Source: Paramecium tetraurelia (lineage: Eukaryota). Taken from it: 64,000 bases of DNA. Where the stretch lies: contig CT868657.1 in the NCBI GenBank assembly GCA_000165425.1, positions 1 through 64,000 on the forward strand, read 5' to 3'. Below, piece after piece: positions 1 to 11,760 of the stretch. A model generated the notes under the pieces. It was not told where the DNA came from. It did no database searches and was given only the letters and a program-made list of their open reading frames with translations. Position 1 is the first letter of the stretch; each line of letters begins with the position of its first letter. The translations under genes and the position numbers were made by a program.

Positions 1-1119
1 GGAGGCGATGAGTGGTCGGGTGGATGGGAGATCACTGATCGTACCGAGATCACAACCTCTCTCTAAATTCACATTATTTCTATATATTATATTATTATAG
101 TTGGTTTTATTCGTAATAATCAATACGAAATAAAAATCAGTTTTATCTTAATAGATTTTTAAAGCTCATTCATTTAGATATTCCTATCAGATTTTGATTT
201 TTGATCCCCTTAATTTTGAATAGGGCTTACAAAGTCTTCTTTAGTAAGTTTAATATTATCCATTCTTGATAAAAAAATGGATAAGAACTTAATTTAGGAA
301 TGATGTATATTAGGAGTTTTTCATAGTTGCCTACTAGTTAACGCATTATGAGTAAACTAAAAACAACCATTATCATAATTGAAAGAATCAAATCTTATAT
401 GGCTTAGGATCACCCTGTAATGTCAAATATAACTTTCACCTCTTTTTCTATATTGGAATCTTATAAAGCTAATAATTCTTTAAATCCACTACAGAATTTT
501 GAAGGATTATCCTAAAGTGAATTTTTCATTTATAAATCAAACAGCAGATAAACGAATAGTATCAAATTTTTTTTGAGGTTCTTTAATTTCTATCTATATA
601 TTTAATTATTGAAGGATTTAATAATTTAAAGAATAGCGAATCTTTGGATTAATGATTTACTTATAGTTTTTAGGCGATTTAAAATACTCCTGTTTTCAAT
701 TTTTGGATATGCTAAAAAGTTAAAATGTAAACCTTAATATATCTTGTATTTGATTTGAACAAATTGTCATTTTTAAAAAATTATTTTACAAGTTTGTGTG
801 ATATTTAATAAGTTGATTAATAAATGATTTGGATAAATGTATTAATAAGGAGTAGATATTTTTAAATGAATATTTCATTATTAATTGAACTCATTTAAAA
901 AATTTGATAATTGTCATTTATTTTTAGAGATAAAAAACAATATCAAAAAACTAAAATATAAATTATAGATTAATTTTCCATATTTGGTTTGTTTAATTTA
1001 TTTAAAAAGTATTTGCTCTTGGTTATCTCATAAAAATATGATAAAAATTCCACAAAAAATTCGAAAATACTTTCTTCATTTTCTTTGTTCAATTTCTTCA
1101 AAAAAAAGCAATCAAAGAA

Positions 1120-2206
1120 ATGATTTCGATCTAAAGAAAATTTATAACTAATAAATTAGCTCTTGATACTAAATACATTAATAATTTATAAATGGGAAAC
1201 TCTAAATTAATAAATAAGAAAGAATCAAAATGTAACTAATATCATGATTCATATTTTGGGAAAATCAAATATTCCTTTTAATAAAATGAAATATGTAGAG
1301 CAATGAAATTTAATAGCACAAGTTCGTTGTTATTGACCGGACATGATAAAAGTATAAAGATACATGCATTTTAAAATGGGTGTTTACATAGAATTTGTGA
1401 ATTATATCACAGTAAGAATGGATTGATATACTTGAGTTGCAAAAACGACACAAATCTAATTTCTGGTTGCGAAAAAATGATTAAAATGAGATCTTTAATT
1501 GGTGTAAACAATCAAAAAATTCAAATGAAAATTTATGCAAATAACAACTTCTTTACTTGCTTTGCTATAAGTGAAAAAAATAATTTACTTGTGGCAGGAC
1601 CTGTAAAAACTTATTTATTTTTGGGAAGAAAATGGTGGAAGTGAAGTTATACTAGATTTAAAACAAATTGATGAAATTGATTGGGTTTTCAGTCTAAGTT
1701 TTAATGAGTCTTAAAATAAGTTAATCGCATGTAATGGAAATAATACCATAGCAATAATTTAATAATAAAGTGATAATATAGAATAGTGGAAAATTGCTTA
1801 AATAATAGAGATAAATAATTTTGGAACATAAGCAATCTTTTTTGGGGATGATACTTTTGTTGTTCATCAATGGATGAGTAAGATAATGTAAGTTTACAAA
1901 TTTTGTGAAGAAAATTATGTATTCAAATTATCTAATTCATTTCTTATGGAAGGGGAAGGTTAATAATGTAATTCTTTTCTATCAATAAACATAAAGTAGA
2001 GGAGATTGTTTCTTAAATAAGATAACAATAGGATTTGTTTTTTTCGAATTGATAAAAATTAAGAGCTGCAAATCTTTTAGAAGATTAAATTTTAGGGAAA
2101 CTTCATTTTTGGAACTATGAGTAATGACGGATAATGGTTAATCATATGGGAAGAATTTTCAAAGTAAATGATTGTCATATCTTGTATTATTTAAAATGAG
2201 GATTGA
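1120..2206 (+). pseudogene. WD40/beta-propeller repeat protein, frameshifted near 1600 (pseudogene or sequence error)
   Basis: ATG 1120 frame (..CRAMKFNSTSSLLLTGHDKSIKIH..FTCFAISEKNNLLVAG) stops at 1644; the +1 frame continues LIYFW..WVFSLSFNESQNKLIAC..FGTMSNDGQWLIIWE to TGA 2204-2206. Confidence 0.7.
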
Positions 2207-2399
2207 AATCTATTATTTCAATTGATTCGAATCAATTTTTGCATTTCATAAAAAATAATTATTTCAAATATAAATTAGGTCAATCATTGAAAAAAAAACT
2301 CATGCTTTAAAATTGGAATTGAACATTGGATAATTAAAAAAATCTCTGTTATTGTTAATGTTATATATTTGCATTTCATAATTTGAATTATTGAATTAT

Positions 2400-3560
2400 T
2401 ATATTCTTAATTTAATGCATAGATTATATTTCATAATTTAATCTTTATTTTTATAATTCCCTATTTTAAAAATACAATTAATTCATAATTAAAAATATAG
2501 ATTGTAAATTGATAATTAATCTTTATTCAAAAATTACCTTTTTCAAGACANNNNNNNNNNNNNNNNNNNNNNNNNNNNNNNNNNNNNNNNNNNNNNNNNN
2601 NNNNNNNNNNNNNNNNNNNNNNNNNNNNNNNNNNNNNNNNNNNNNNNNNNNNNNNNNNNNNNNNNNNNNNNNNNNNNNNNNNNNNNNNNNNNNNNNNNNN
2701 TTTTTAATACATACATTATAATTATAATTTGATGGTTTTTTCTATATTTTTATAATTTTCAGTTTTCAAATACAATATAATCAAAATTTTATGCATAGAT
2801 TGGAATTTGATAATAATATGACTTTGTTTCTTAAATACAATTTAATTATAACTTAAAACATAGACTATAATTTGATATTTTAATGTAGATTTAGATAATT
2901 ATAAGTAATTTATAGACAAATTAAATAATAATTGAATACATAGATTGTAATTTCTAAATTGAATCTATATTTATGTAATTTTAATAATTCAAATTTTTTT
3001 TAATTGTAATTTAATACATAGATTATAATTTGATAGTTTAATGTAGATTTAGATGATTATAATATTTCATATACAATTTAATCATAATTTAATACATATA
3101 TATATTATATTTTGATATTTTAATTAAGATTTAGATGATTTTAAGTATTTCATATACAATTTAATCATAATTTTATTATAATTTTAATAATTCATATACA
3201 CTTTAATAGTAATTTAATGTAGAGATTATAATTTGATATTTTAATGTAGATTTAGATGATTTTATGTATTTTATATACAAATTAAATAATAATTTAATTC
3301 ATAGATTGAAATTTCTAAATTGAATCTATATTTTTGTAATTTTAGTATATCATATACAAATATTCTTAATTTAATGCATAGATTATATTTCATAATTTAA
3401 TCTTTATTTTTATAATTTTCTATTTTTAAAATACAATTAATTCATAATTTAAAAATATAGATTGTAAATTGATAATTTAATCTTTATTCAAATAATTTAC
3501 CTTTTTCAAAGACAATTTAATCATAATTAAATACATAGATAGAAATTTGAGTATTTAATA
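2400..3560. repeat. AT-rich minisatellite, ~77-80 bp unit
   Basis: Core (aata)catagatt(a/g)taattt recurs at ~2418, 2496, 2859, 2939, 3017, 3095, 3220, 3300, 3377, 3456, 3534. Confidence 0.85.
2551..2700. other. Assembly gap (150 N)
   Basis: Run of n. Confidence 1.
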
Positions 3561-3599
3561 TTTTCTTTTTTCAAAGATGCCTATATTTAATTTTTGAAA

Positions 3600-4719
3600 C
3601 ATTGCATAATTTAATAGTTGAGCTTTAAGATTGTTTTACGATCCTATTTTGGTAAGTGACTTTTCAATTCTTTTCAAACATTCACAATTTGATTTGAATT
3701 GTGGACTAGATGGAGGTTTGTATATATGATAACTTATTTTAGGACCTCATTCTAAATTAAGAATTCCTTATTAGCTGATGCATTATTTAAGATAAGCATA
3801 TAATTCCTTAAACCATACTGTTTAATACATCATGAAATTTAATCTTATCAAAAAATTATTATTTCATTTTGAGTTCTCATTGCCTCTAACGCATTAATAC
3901 ATTTAAAATATCCTCTATTGCATCAATAATATTAATTCTTTATGTAACTTAAGCTTTGTCAAATTTTAAATGTAAATATTTTTGCTCCTTACTGTTAAAT
4001 TGTATTGTTCATTACCGATTCCTGATTCATTAATATACATTGGTTATCTAGACTCCCATATGTAATATAAAAATGATAATGCATAGAAGAATTGCTTACT
4101 TATATTCTCCTTGAAGAAGCTTTAAATTGATCTTATATGTATTCTTGTATGTGTATCCAAGCTCTTTAGTTAATTTTCTAAATCTTAAAGAGATACATTG
4201 TCAGTTTGCAATCTAAATGTTTAACGAAAATCATTTTATATATTTTTTAAACAACAAACCTCTTCTTGATTTTATTTATTTATATATTCATTCAACCAGG
4301 TTAAATGTTTTTCTTCGATAGTAAATAAGTAAACCATCTTAAATCACAATTTATTTTTTTGACATTCCAAAAATGGATGACGAAATAGATTGAGGATTAT
4401 GTTGTCTATGCATTTATCGTAAAATTTATTTAAATTTTAATGCAACCTAATTAGTTTTTGAAAAACAGGGTATTTGTTTGAATTTTTTATGATTTTCTTA
4501 TCAACTTTGTTATTTTTAATTTAATTATTTAGGCTAACATAATGGTTTAGATAATTTTAAGGATAGTATGTTGTGTCTACACATGATTTTTAAACTAATT
4601 TAAGGTGATTTATTTAGGAATTAATATGATCCTGTCCAACAAAATTTCTTAGCAAACTATTCTTTATATCTCCTCATCAAATTTTTTTCCTTTAGAAAAA
4701 AATTATTTTCAACATGCAT
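3600..4719 (-). pseudogene. Degenerate hypothetical coding sequence
   Basis: MHVENNFFLKEKNL.. open ~125 codons to TGA ~4345, with further open stretches in other frames; no recognisable domain; 3' end approximate. Confidence 0.3.
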
Positions 4720-5929
4720 AATTTATTTATAATTTAATTCTTATCAATCAATTAAATAATCCAATATTTTTGAATTATCAATTTCATAATCAAAAATTAA
4801 TATGCTAACTTAACTATGTATGCAGTTAGAATTAAATCTTCTATTACATAAAATGTAATGAATTTCGAATTTAAAAATAAAAGTTAAAATCAAAAAAAAA
4901 ATGTGTTGAATAATTGATAAATAGCAAATTCCAAGAAGAAAATTGAGATTATATCTGTATTTTTAAAACTTAAGAATAACATTTTATTAAAGTATCAATC
5001 AAGAATGTGATAGAGGAAAGAAGATTTTGTTGGAAGATATAAATCTTATTTTCCTCCCCAAAATCCATTACAATTAATTATTGAACTTAAACAGTTAGTT
5101 TTCATTTCAGTTATTACATATTTAATAAACAATTCTAAGTTGTAAAATTAAAAAACCTACTATTTATTTTAAAACTCAATCTATGTAGAGTACAAATTAT
5201 TTTTATGGTAAAATTGAACTTTCAACATCGTTTAGAAACCAAAAAATCAATTTTGATCATCAGTAAATATATTTTAGTTAAATTACAACATAGAAAAATT
5301 AATTTTTTAACTAAATAGCAAGTTATTGTTTGTAAGACTAGTTGGGAGGAAAGAGTTTTGCATCAGAAAAAATGTGATTTTAAAATATGCAATTAGGATA
5401 ATTCAGCTAAACAAGGTAGAGACATCTATTGAAGAAGTACTTTTTCCTATATTGTTTTGTGAAATTTTTAAGGCATGGAAAAATCAAAATAAGAAGTTAA
5501 TACATTACTTAAGAATAATACGTCAAAGTCAAAGTGAATGTAGAATACAAAATATGAATAAATGAAATGCTATTTTGCGAGAATATAAAATAGTTTAAAT
5601 AGAATATTTTGTTGAAATATTAGATTTTATTAACTATTAATTTGATTTCGAAAAAATGATATGAGGTTTAATTTTTTTAATAATAAAACGAATAAAGAGA
5701 ATAAGGAGAGAATAAAAATATTATATATAATGAAAATTCAAAGTATCAAGATTAAATGGAAATGTGTTGGGAAATTTATTAGATTTAAGAAAATATTAAA
5801 ATATAAATGAATTTTACATTTTCATTTAACACAAAAGTAAAAGAAAAATCAATTGTATGAAAAATAACAGAATTAATAAAATCTGAATAGAAACAAGCCA
5901 ACTTAAAAAGAAAAAATCAAAATAAAAAT

Positions 5930-6110
5930 TAATTTGATTATAATTTAATACATAAATATTAATTTGAATTGTTAATGTATATATTTGAATAATTTTCTTA
6001 ATACAATATCATAATTTAATATATTGATTGTAATATATTATTTTAATTATATATTTTAAAATTTACACATTTCAATTAAAATTTAATCAAATTTAACATT
6101 TTTAATGCAT
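5930..6110. repeat. Degenerate copies of the ~78-bp minisatellite unit
   Basis: tataatttaatacataaatattaatttga / tcataatttaatatattgattgtaat resemble the 2400-3560 unit. Confidence 0.5.
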
Positions 6111-6119
6111 TTATACAAT

Positions 6120-7900
6120 TCTATAGAATTTATCTGAAGCATATATGCAAGAAAGAATAATTACTGCTTTTGAATAAAGCTAAAGCATATATATGTCAGA
6201 GAAATGCAAACAATTGTTATTAGGTAACATAAATCAATTTTATAATCTTATTAAAGGGCTAGCTATTATTATGAACTAACAAAGAAGAAAGGGATATTTA
6301 ACTATTACGTAGATGATGACTATAAATTACATATTAGGAAGAATGCATTTACAAATATATTCTAAGTAAATATTCTAAATTAAATATGAACTCACTCCTA
6401 TTTCTTTTCTCAAAAAGCTAAGTTAAGGAAATACCTAAGAATTACAAAGGTTAATGGCTAACGACAAAGCCATCTTAAGTTGTGATAACACATTAATTAA
6501 TCGAAGATTTTTAGTGGAAACTGCTATAAAATTTATGGAGGCCAGATACATTCCAAATAAACAAGAGATTAGGATGGGCAAGATTGCTACACCTAAATAT
6601 AAAGCATCTAAAAATATCTTAAAAAAAAATGACTAATTTAATCCACTATTAATATAAAGCCCTTTGTACAAATTTTTAGAATTAAGATTCCATTCTTAAT
6701 TAATAGAGTATCTCAATAATGATATATAAAAGCCTTAAACATAATTCATCGATAGGCTAATAACTTAATTAAACATATTTATGATACTTAACTGGAACAA
6801 AAACATCTTAGGCAAGGGTAATAGGATACTAATCTTCTTTGATTTCTCAAGTGCCTATAACACAATCTGCAGATCACTATAACACAATCTGGAGATCAAA
6901 TGGAATATTACAAAACAAAATATTTTGAAACAAAATGAAGTATAGTCTTTGAAAGGTCTAAATAGCGAATAGTATTTATTAATCAATATAACATTAGCGA
7001 AAAATTTTACTATTCAAAAGGAGTGCCCTAGTACTCTCCCCTGCTTTGTTTAACATTTAGCTCGATGAATATTTTAAAGACCTTTTTCAATCTAACCTCT
7101 TATAAAGTCATATTTCTGGGACATGCTGATGACTTAATACTAGAGACTGTATATGGAAATTTTAGTAAACCTAGTTGTCAATAAAAAGAAAAGTGGCATC
7201 GTGCCCATAAATTTTATTCTTTAAGAAGAGCATGCGAAGTATTTCCAATACTCTACTCATAGAAATATTTGGGAATCTAAATCAATAACAAAGGAGACGC
7301 TTATAAAATTATTAGAAAAATAAATTTCATAAACCTAAATTTACTGCAGCTGTCCTCTAAAATGAATTTCTAACAAAGACTAGCGCTCTATTAGGCATAC
7401 ATTGAGCCAAATTTTATACTGGCTTATTATGACAATCAATAGTTATCCAAATAACTAATCACTTTGAGGTAAAAGGACTTTAAATAGATTATGAGGTTAC
7501 CATTAAACACACTAGATAATTTCGTTAAATTGTAATGCATAGAATATGATAACTTAATAAAATTTATATACGAATTACAATCAACAAAATTTGATGAAGA
7601 GATCTAGAAAGCAAAGTATTAGATATACCAAAACTGATCGAACAATCTAAGATGAATCAGAACTTGAATGGATTTCTGATAATATCCATTTACTATTCAA
7701 GTTGTATGGGCTATATTTTAATAACACTAATAAGAATGACATATAAATATAACAGAAGTTCATATATCCCATACAATGGATGAATTGATTACATCTGAAA
7801 ATTCCTTAAAAATTAAAGTAGAAACAGAATTAGACAAATTAAATATAGTATTGATTGAACCTTAAAGAAAAGAAAGCAATCCTTAAACCAAGACAAACGA
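6120..7900 (+). mobile_element. Decayed non-LTR (LINE-like) retrotransposon reverse transcriptase
   Basis: RT motifs in the correct order: NDKAILSCDN (~6460), IFFDFSSAYNTI (6832-6867), KGVPQ..PALFNIQLDE (~7017-7070), FLGHADDLI (HADD 7122-7133), LVVNKKKS, KYLGIQINNKG (~7263), thumb-like LALYQAYIEPNF..IMRLPLNT; multiple frameshifts; boundaries approximate. Confidence 0.85.
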
Positions 7901-8558
7901 ATGAATGAGATTTTGAATCTATTTTTTATCTTAATTTCGCTTATAAAAATATTATAATATTAAATTTTTTATAAAATTAATATTGATCGATCTTGCATTT
8001 TTTTAATGAATATTTTTTGTTCAAACATGAAATGAATCCAATTTTGTTTCAATTTAATTCGACTGTTCTAGCAATATCATCTTTAATTATATAGAATAAA
8101 ATTTAATAATTTTAATTATTTTTTTATTGTAGATGCTCTGCTTTACTATAAAGAGTAGTTTCTTCGTTTACTTTTGATGTGAACCTTGTGATTATCAGAT
8201 GCAATAAGAAAACGATAATGTCATTGGTTTCAAACTTCTTAATTATCAATTAAGTGCTTATTTGAACAAATATTTAAAATTTGCGTTAAAAATAAAATAA
8301 TAAGGATTGATAATTGCTAAAGGAAAGGTAAAGAATAATTTAATTACTTAATTTGAATTTCTTGACAAAAAAGTTAGAATTATGTTAAAAGTATATTTTC
8401 ATTTTCTTATAGTGATTTGATTTTGGATAAATTGAGTTATCAATACAGTGAACTAAAATTTCGAATGCAACTGAAATCAAATTGATAAGTGATTTAATAA
8501 ATTAATAGTTATTATTTATTAAATTGAATAATAAAATATGTTTTTAGATATAAATTGA

Positions 8559-9679
8559 TCACAATTTATCAATTATAGCTTTGGTATAATCAGTAGTTGT
8601 ACTTTTACCACCAAGATCACCAGTCAAATATTTGGCTTCTTCTAAAACTGAGTATGTTGCATTTTCGATTCTTTGAGCATAATCATTTAACTTCGTTGCT
8701 TTTAACATCTACATCATTTATGAATGAATGTTACCATAATTCCTGATAATAGTAATGCCGTCGGATTTGCAAGATTTTTTCCTGCAATGTCAGGTGCAGT
8801 TCCATGAACAGCTTCATACACTTCACAATCTTTTCCAATATTTCCTGATGCAGTCAATCCCAATCCTCCAATTAAGCCTGCACAAAGATCAGAAACAATA
8901 TCGCCATAAAGATTGGGCATAACCATAACATCAATCCTAGTTGGATCATTTGCTAGTTTAAAAGCCATTGTATCAATTTATTCTTCATTAAATTAAATTT
9001 CTGGATAATTTTTTGCAACATCATCACAAACTTTCAAGAATACTCCATCCCCTTATTTCATAACACCTGCTTTATGACAAGCCACTACTTATTTTCTATC
9101 TACATTTAGTCTATATTATATACTATTTGCTCTTGCATATTCGAATGCGTATTAGGCAATATTCTAACAAGCATTATAGGAGACAATTTTGAGATTCTCA
9201 ACTACTCCAGGAACTACTTCATGTTCCAACCCACTATATTCCCTTCTGTATTTTCTCTTATAGTTACGACATCAACCCCTGGATAGGGAGTTTTAACTCC
9301 TTTGATGGATTTACAAGGCCTAACATTAGCAAATAATTATAATCTCTTTCTTAATGTCACATTTATTGATCTATATCCCTTTCCTATTGGAGTTTCGAAT
9401 GGTCCTGATGATACTTAAGGATAGAATACCTTTCAAAGCGTATTTCAAGGCTTTTACTTATTTAAGGGTTTCCTCTGTGATTAAATCGCCTGATTCAGTT
9501 ACTCTCTTTTTATGAATCTCATGAAATTCCCATTCAATTGGAACTTTTGCAGCATCAAATATATCGATAACAGCCTTAGATATTTCAGGGCCTATTCCAT
9601 CTCCCGGAAAGAGAATTACTTTTTAATAGTTGAATTAAGGTCTCAATATTGTAGTTTATGCTTTTCTTATAATATTCAT
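8559..9679 (-). CDS. IDH3A: NAD-dependent isocitrate dehydrogenase catalytic (alpha-like) subunit, mitochondrial
   Basis: [67 protein letters not shown]; 3 tiny introns. Confidence 0.93.
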
Positions 9680-9991
9680 CTTAAATAAATAATTTATTTT
9701 ATAAGATTTAATTAGTCTTTAATTACTTAAATTAGATATTCATATTTTTTTATAATAATTATTTTTATCAAATTACATTCATTATCTTTGTTATATAATT
9801 TATTAATTACATAAAATGTTAATTGTTTGCTATAAATTAATTAATCGCAGTGTTAAGAATTATTAAGTAATTAATGATAAAATATTAAAATTAAGTTTAT
9901 ATAGCAAAAATACAAAAAATAGATAAACGGAAATATTAGTAATAGGATATTTATTAATAAATGAAATAATTGTTTATATCTATCAAAGATA

Positions 9992-11135
9992 TCATCTTCC
10001 TGACCATGATGCAACTTATTTCTTGAACATTATGATTACTTCATCTAAAATGGCATTCTCTTCATTTCTTTTAGCTTTAGCTTCTTCATAATCAGCTCTT
10101 TTTGATTCCAAATCAGCTTGAGCCTAATCCAATGCATCTTATGATTCTTATAAAATGATCTTAGATTTAGCTTATTGAGCCAAAGCAGCTTAGATTTACT
10201 TTTAAAATAAAATTGAATAATTACAGTAGCAGTTCTATCAGCAAAGACTTATTTTCTTTCATATTCAACTTCCAAAGAAGCAATTTCAGCTTCAGATAAT
10301 GAAACCCAACCTGCTAATTCCCATGAGGCATTGATTTCATTTTATTTCAAATTTTCTAATGAGCCCTCTAATTCAGAATGTAATCCTTCCAAGACTGCTA
10401 ACACTTTTTCAGCCAATGTTGATCCATTTCCTGATGACTATTCCTTAATTTTATAAAACAAAGATTACCTATTATTCCTAAGCTAAGGCTAAGAAAGTTT
10501 TGATTTGATGTTCTTGGAACAAATTGCTGTATTACTTCAACTTTTCAGCTATACAGATTATGCTTTAACTTATGTGAATTCAAATGAATCTCCATTAATA
10601 ATATAGCCAGCAACATCTTGTTTCAAAAGCTTGATAACTTCAAGGGCTTCTTAATTATGTTTGATGGATTTGACGAATAATTAGTTGCTGAAACATTGGT
10701 TGTCTTAGAGTGTTTCAATTTTTGCAGCAATAGAGTCTCTTCTGGCTTCATTCCACGCCAAATAGCTTTTCGTTTGTTATAAAACATTTTCATATTCAGC
10801 TCTATTTTCAACTGCTTATTGGAATAACTTTTAGTTCAAAGACTTGATTTTAGTAAATTATTCAATTGTTCTAAGGAATTGGAATATATTATTACTATGC
10901 TCCAATCCATTCATCTGTTTCATTCTTTTAATCAGCAGCAAATTATGCATCGATGTTTGATTATTTCAAATCATTCAACAATCCAAAAACTGTGTCAATA
11001 GCATCGCTTGCTTTGGTTCCTGTCTAATTTATTAATTACACTATTTACTTATAATAAGGCTAAAATTTAGTCTTAAGTTTTTGAGGCTGAGCTTGTAGCT
11101 GTTAAGGCTAACAAAACAATCATGATGTATTTCAT
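9992..11135 (-). CDS. Trichocyst matrix protein / granule lattice protein precursor
   Basis: Signal peptide MKYIMIVLLALTATS; acidic helical coiled-coil, AIDTVFGLLNDL, KVLAVLEGLHSEL, KRNEENAILDEVI; 4 introns of 25-26 nt. Confidence 0.8.
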
Positions 11136-11760
11136 TTCTGATAATCTTAATAATGAAAAACGATTTATATTAAAAACGACTTAATAGCATATTTATTATA
11201 ATTATGATTATTTCAATTGCAATTTATTTTTCTTTCATTTTGAGGAACAGCTCTTTTGTTTCACTAAAATTTGCTTTTCTATTTTGAATCCTTAAGATAA
11301 AAGACTTACTAAAAAATATTTAATTATTTACCAATTTGTAGATTATTTTATGAATACTCATTCCAAAATATTCACATTATTTAGTTTGATTGAACTTTCC
11401 AGTCCTATTTATCATTATTGAACTAAATTTTAGAGACATCCATTTCCAAAATTCCAAATCATTATAAATTCTATATAAAGTAACGATATCATTATAGGTT
11501 CTTACTACTATTTTATAAGTGCTTAAAATATTATTATATGTTTAAATTATGTTTATTAATCTATTGTGTTATTAATTTAAATTTATTGTATAATCAATTA
11601 ATATCTATCAGACTTTTATTTAATACTCTATCAATGAAACTATCTTTAGTATTAGTTCAAAAATAATTTAGGTAGATCTTTATTTTTATTTTAAAACTTT
11701 GTAAATAATCTAAAAAGAGTTTATATTTATTTTCTTAGAAATATTTTTGGATAATAATGA

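Noticed and set aside
140..800. Possible minus-strand coding remnant (NSLQDNPSKFCSGFKELLAL..)
   Set aside because: In-frame TGA, no recognisable motif, no definable ends
2402..2550. Genuine segmental duplication of 3361-3512
   Set aside because: Differences are mostly homopolymer shortenings next to the gap, consistent with a low-quality read end or misassembly
2700..3560. Minisatellite as a 26-aa coding repeat on the minus strand (NYDQIVYEILQSSKSTLNYQIIIYVL)
   Set aside because: Unit lengths vary 77-80 bp, so the frame is not maintained; not CRISPR either (no constant repeat with unique spacers, eukaryotic host)
4900..5650. Cys/His fragments suggestive of a decayed IBR/RING gene (CKTSWEERVLHQKKC)
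   Set aside because: Stops in all frames and too few motif residues to support a call
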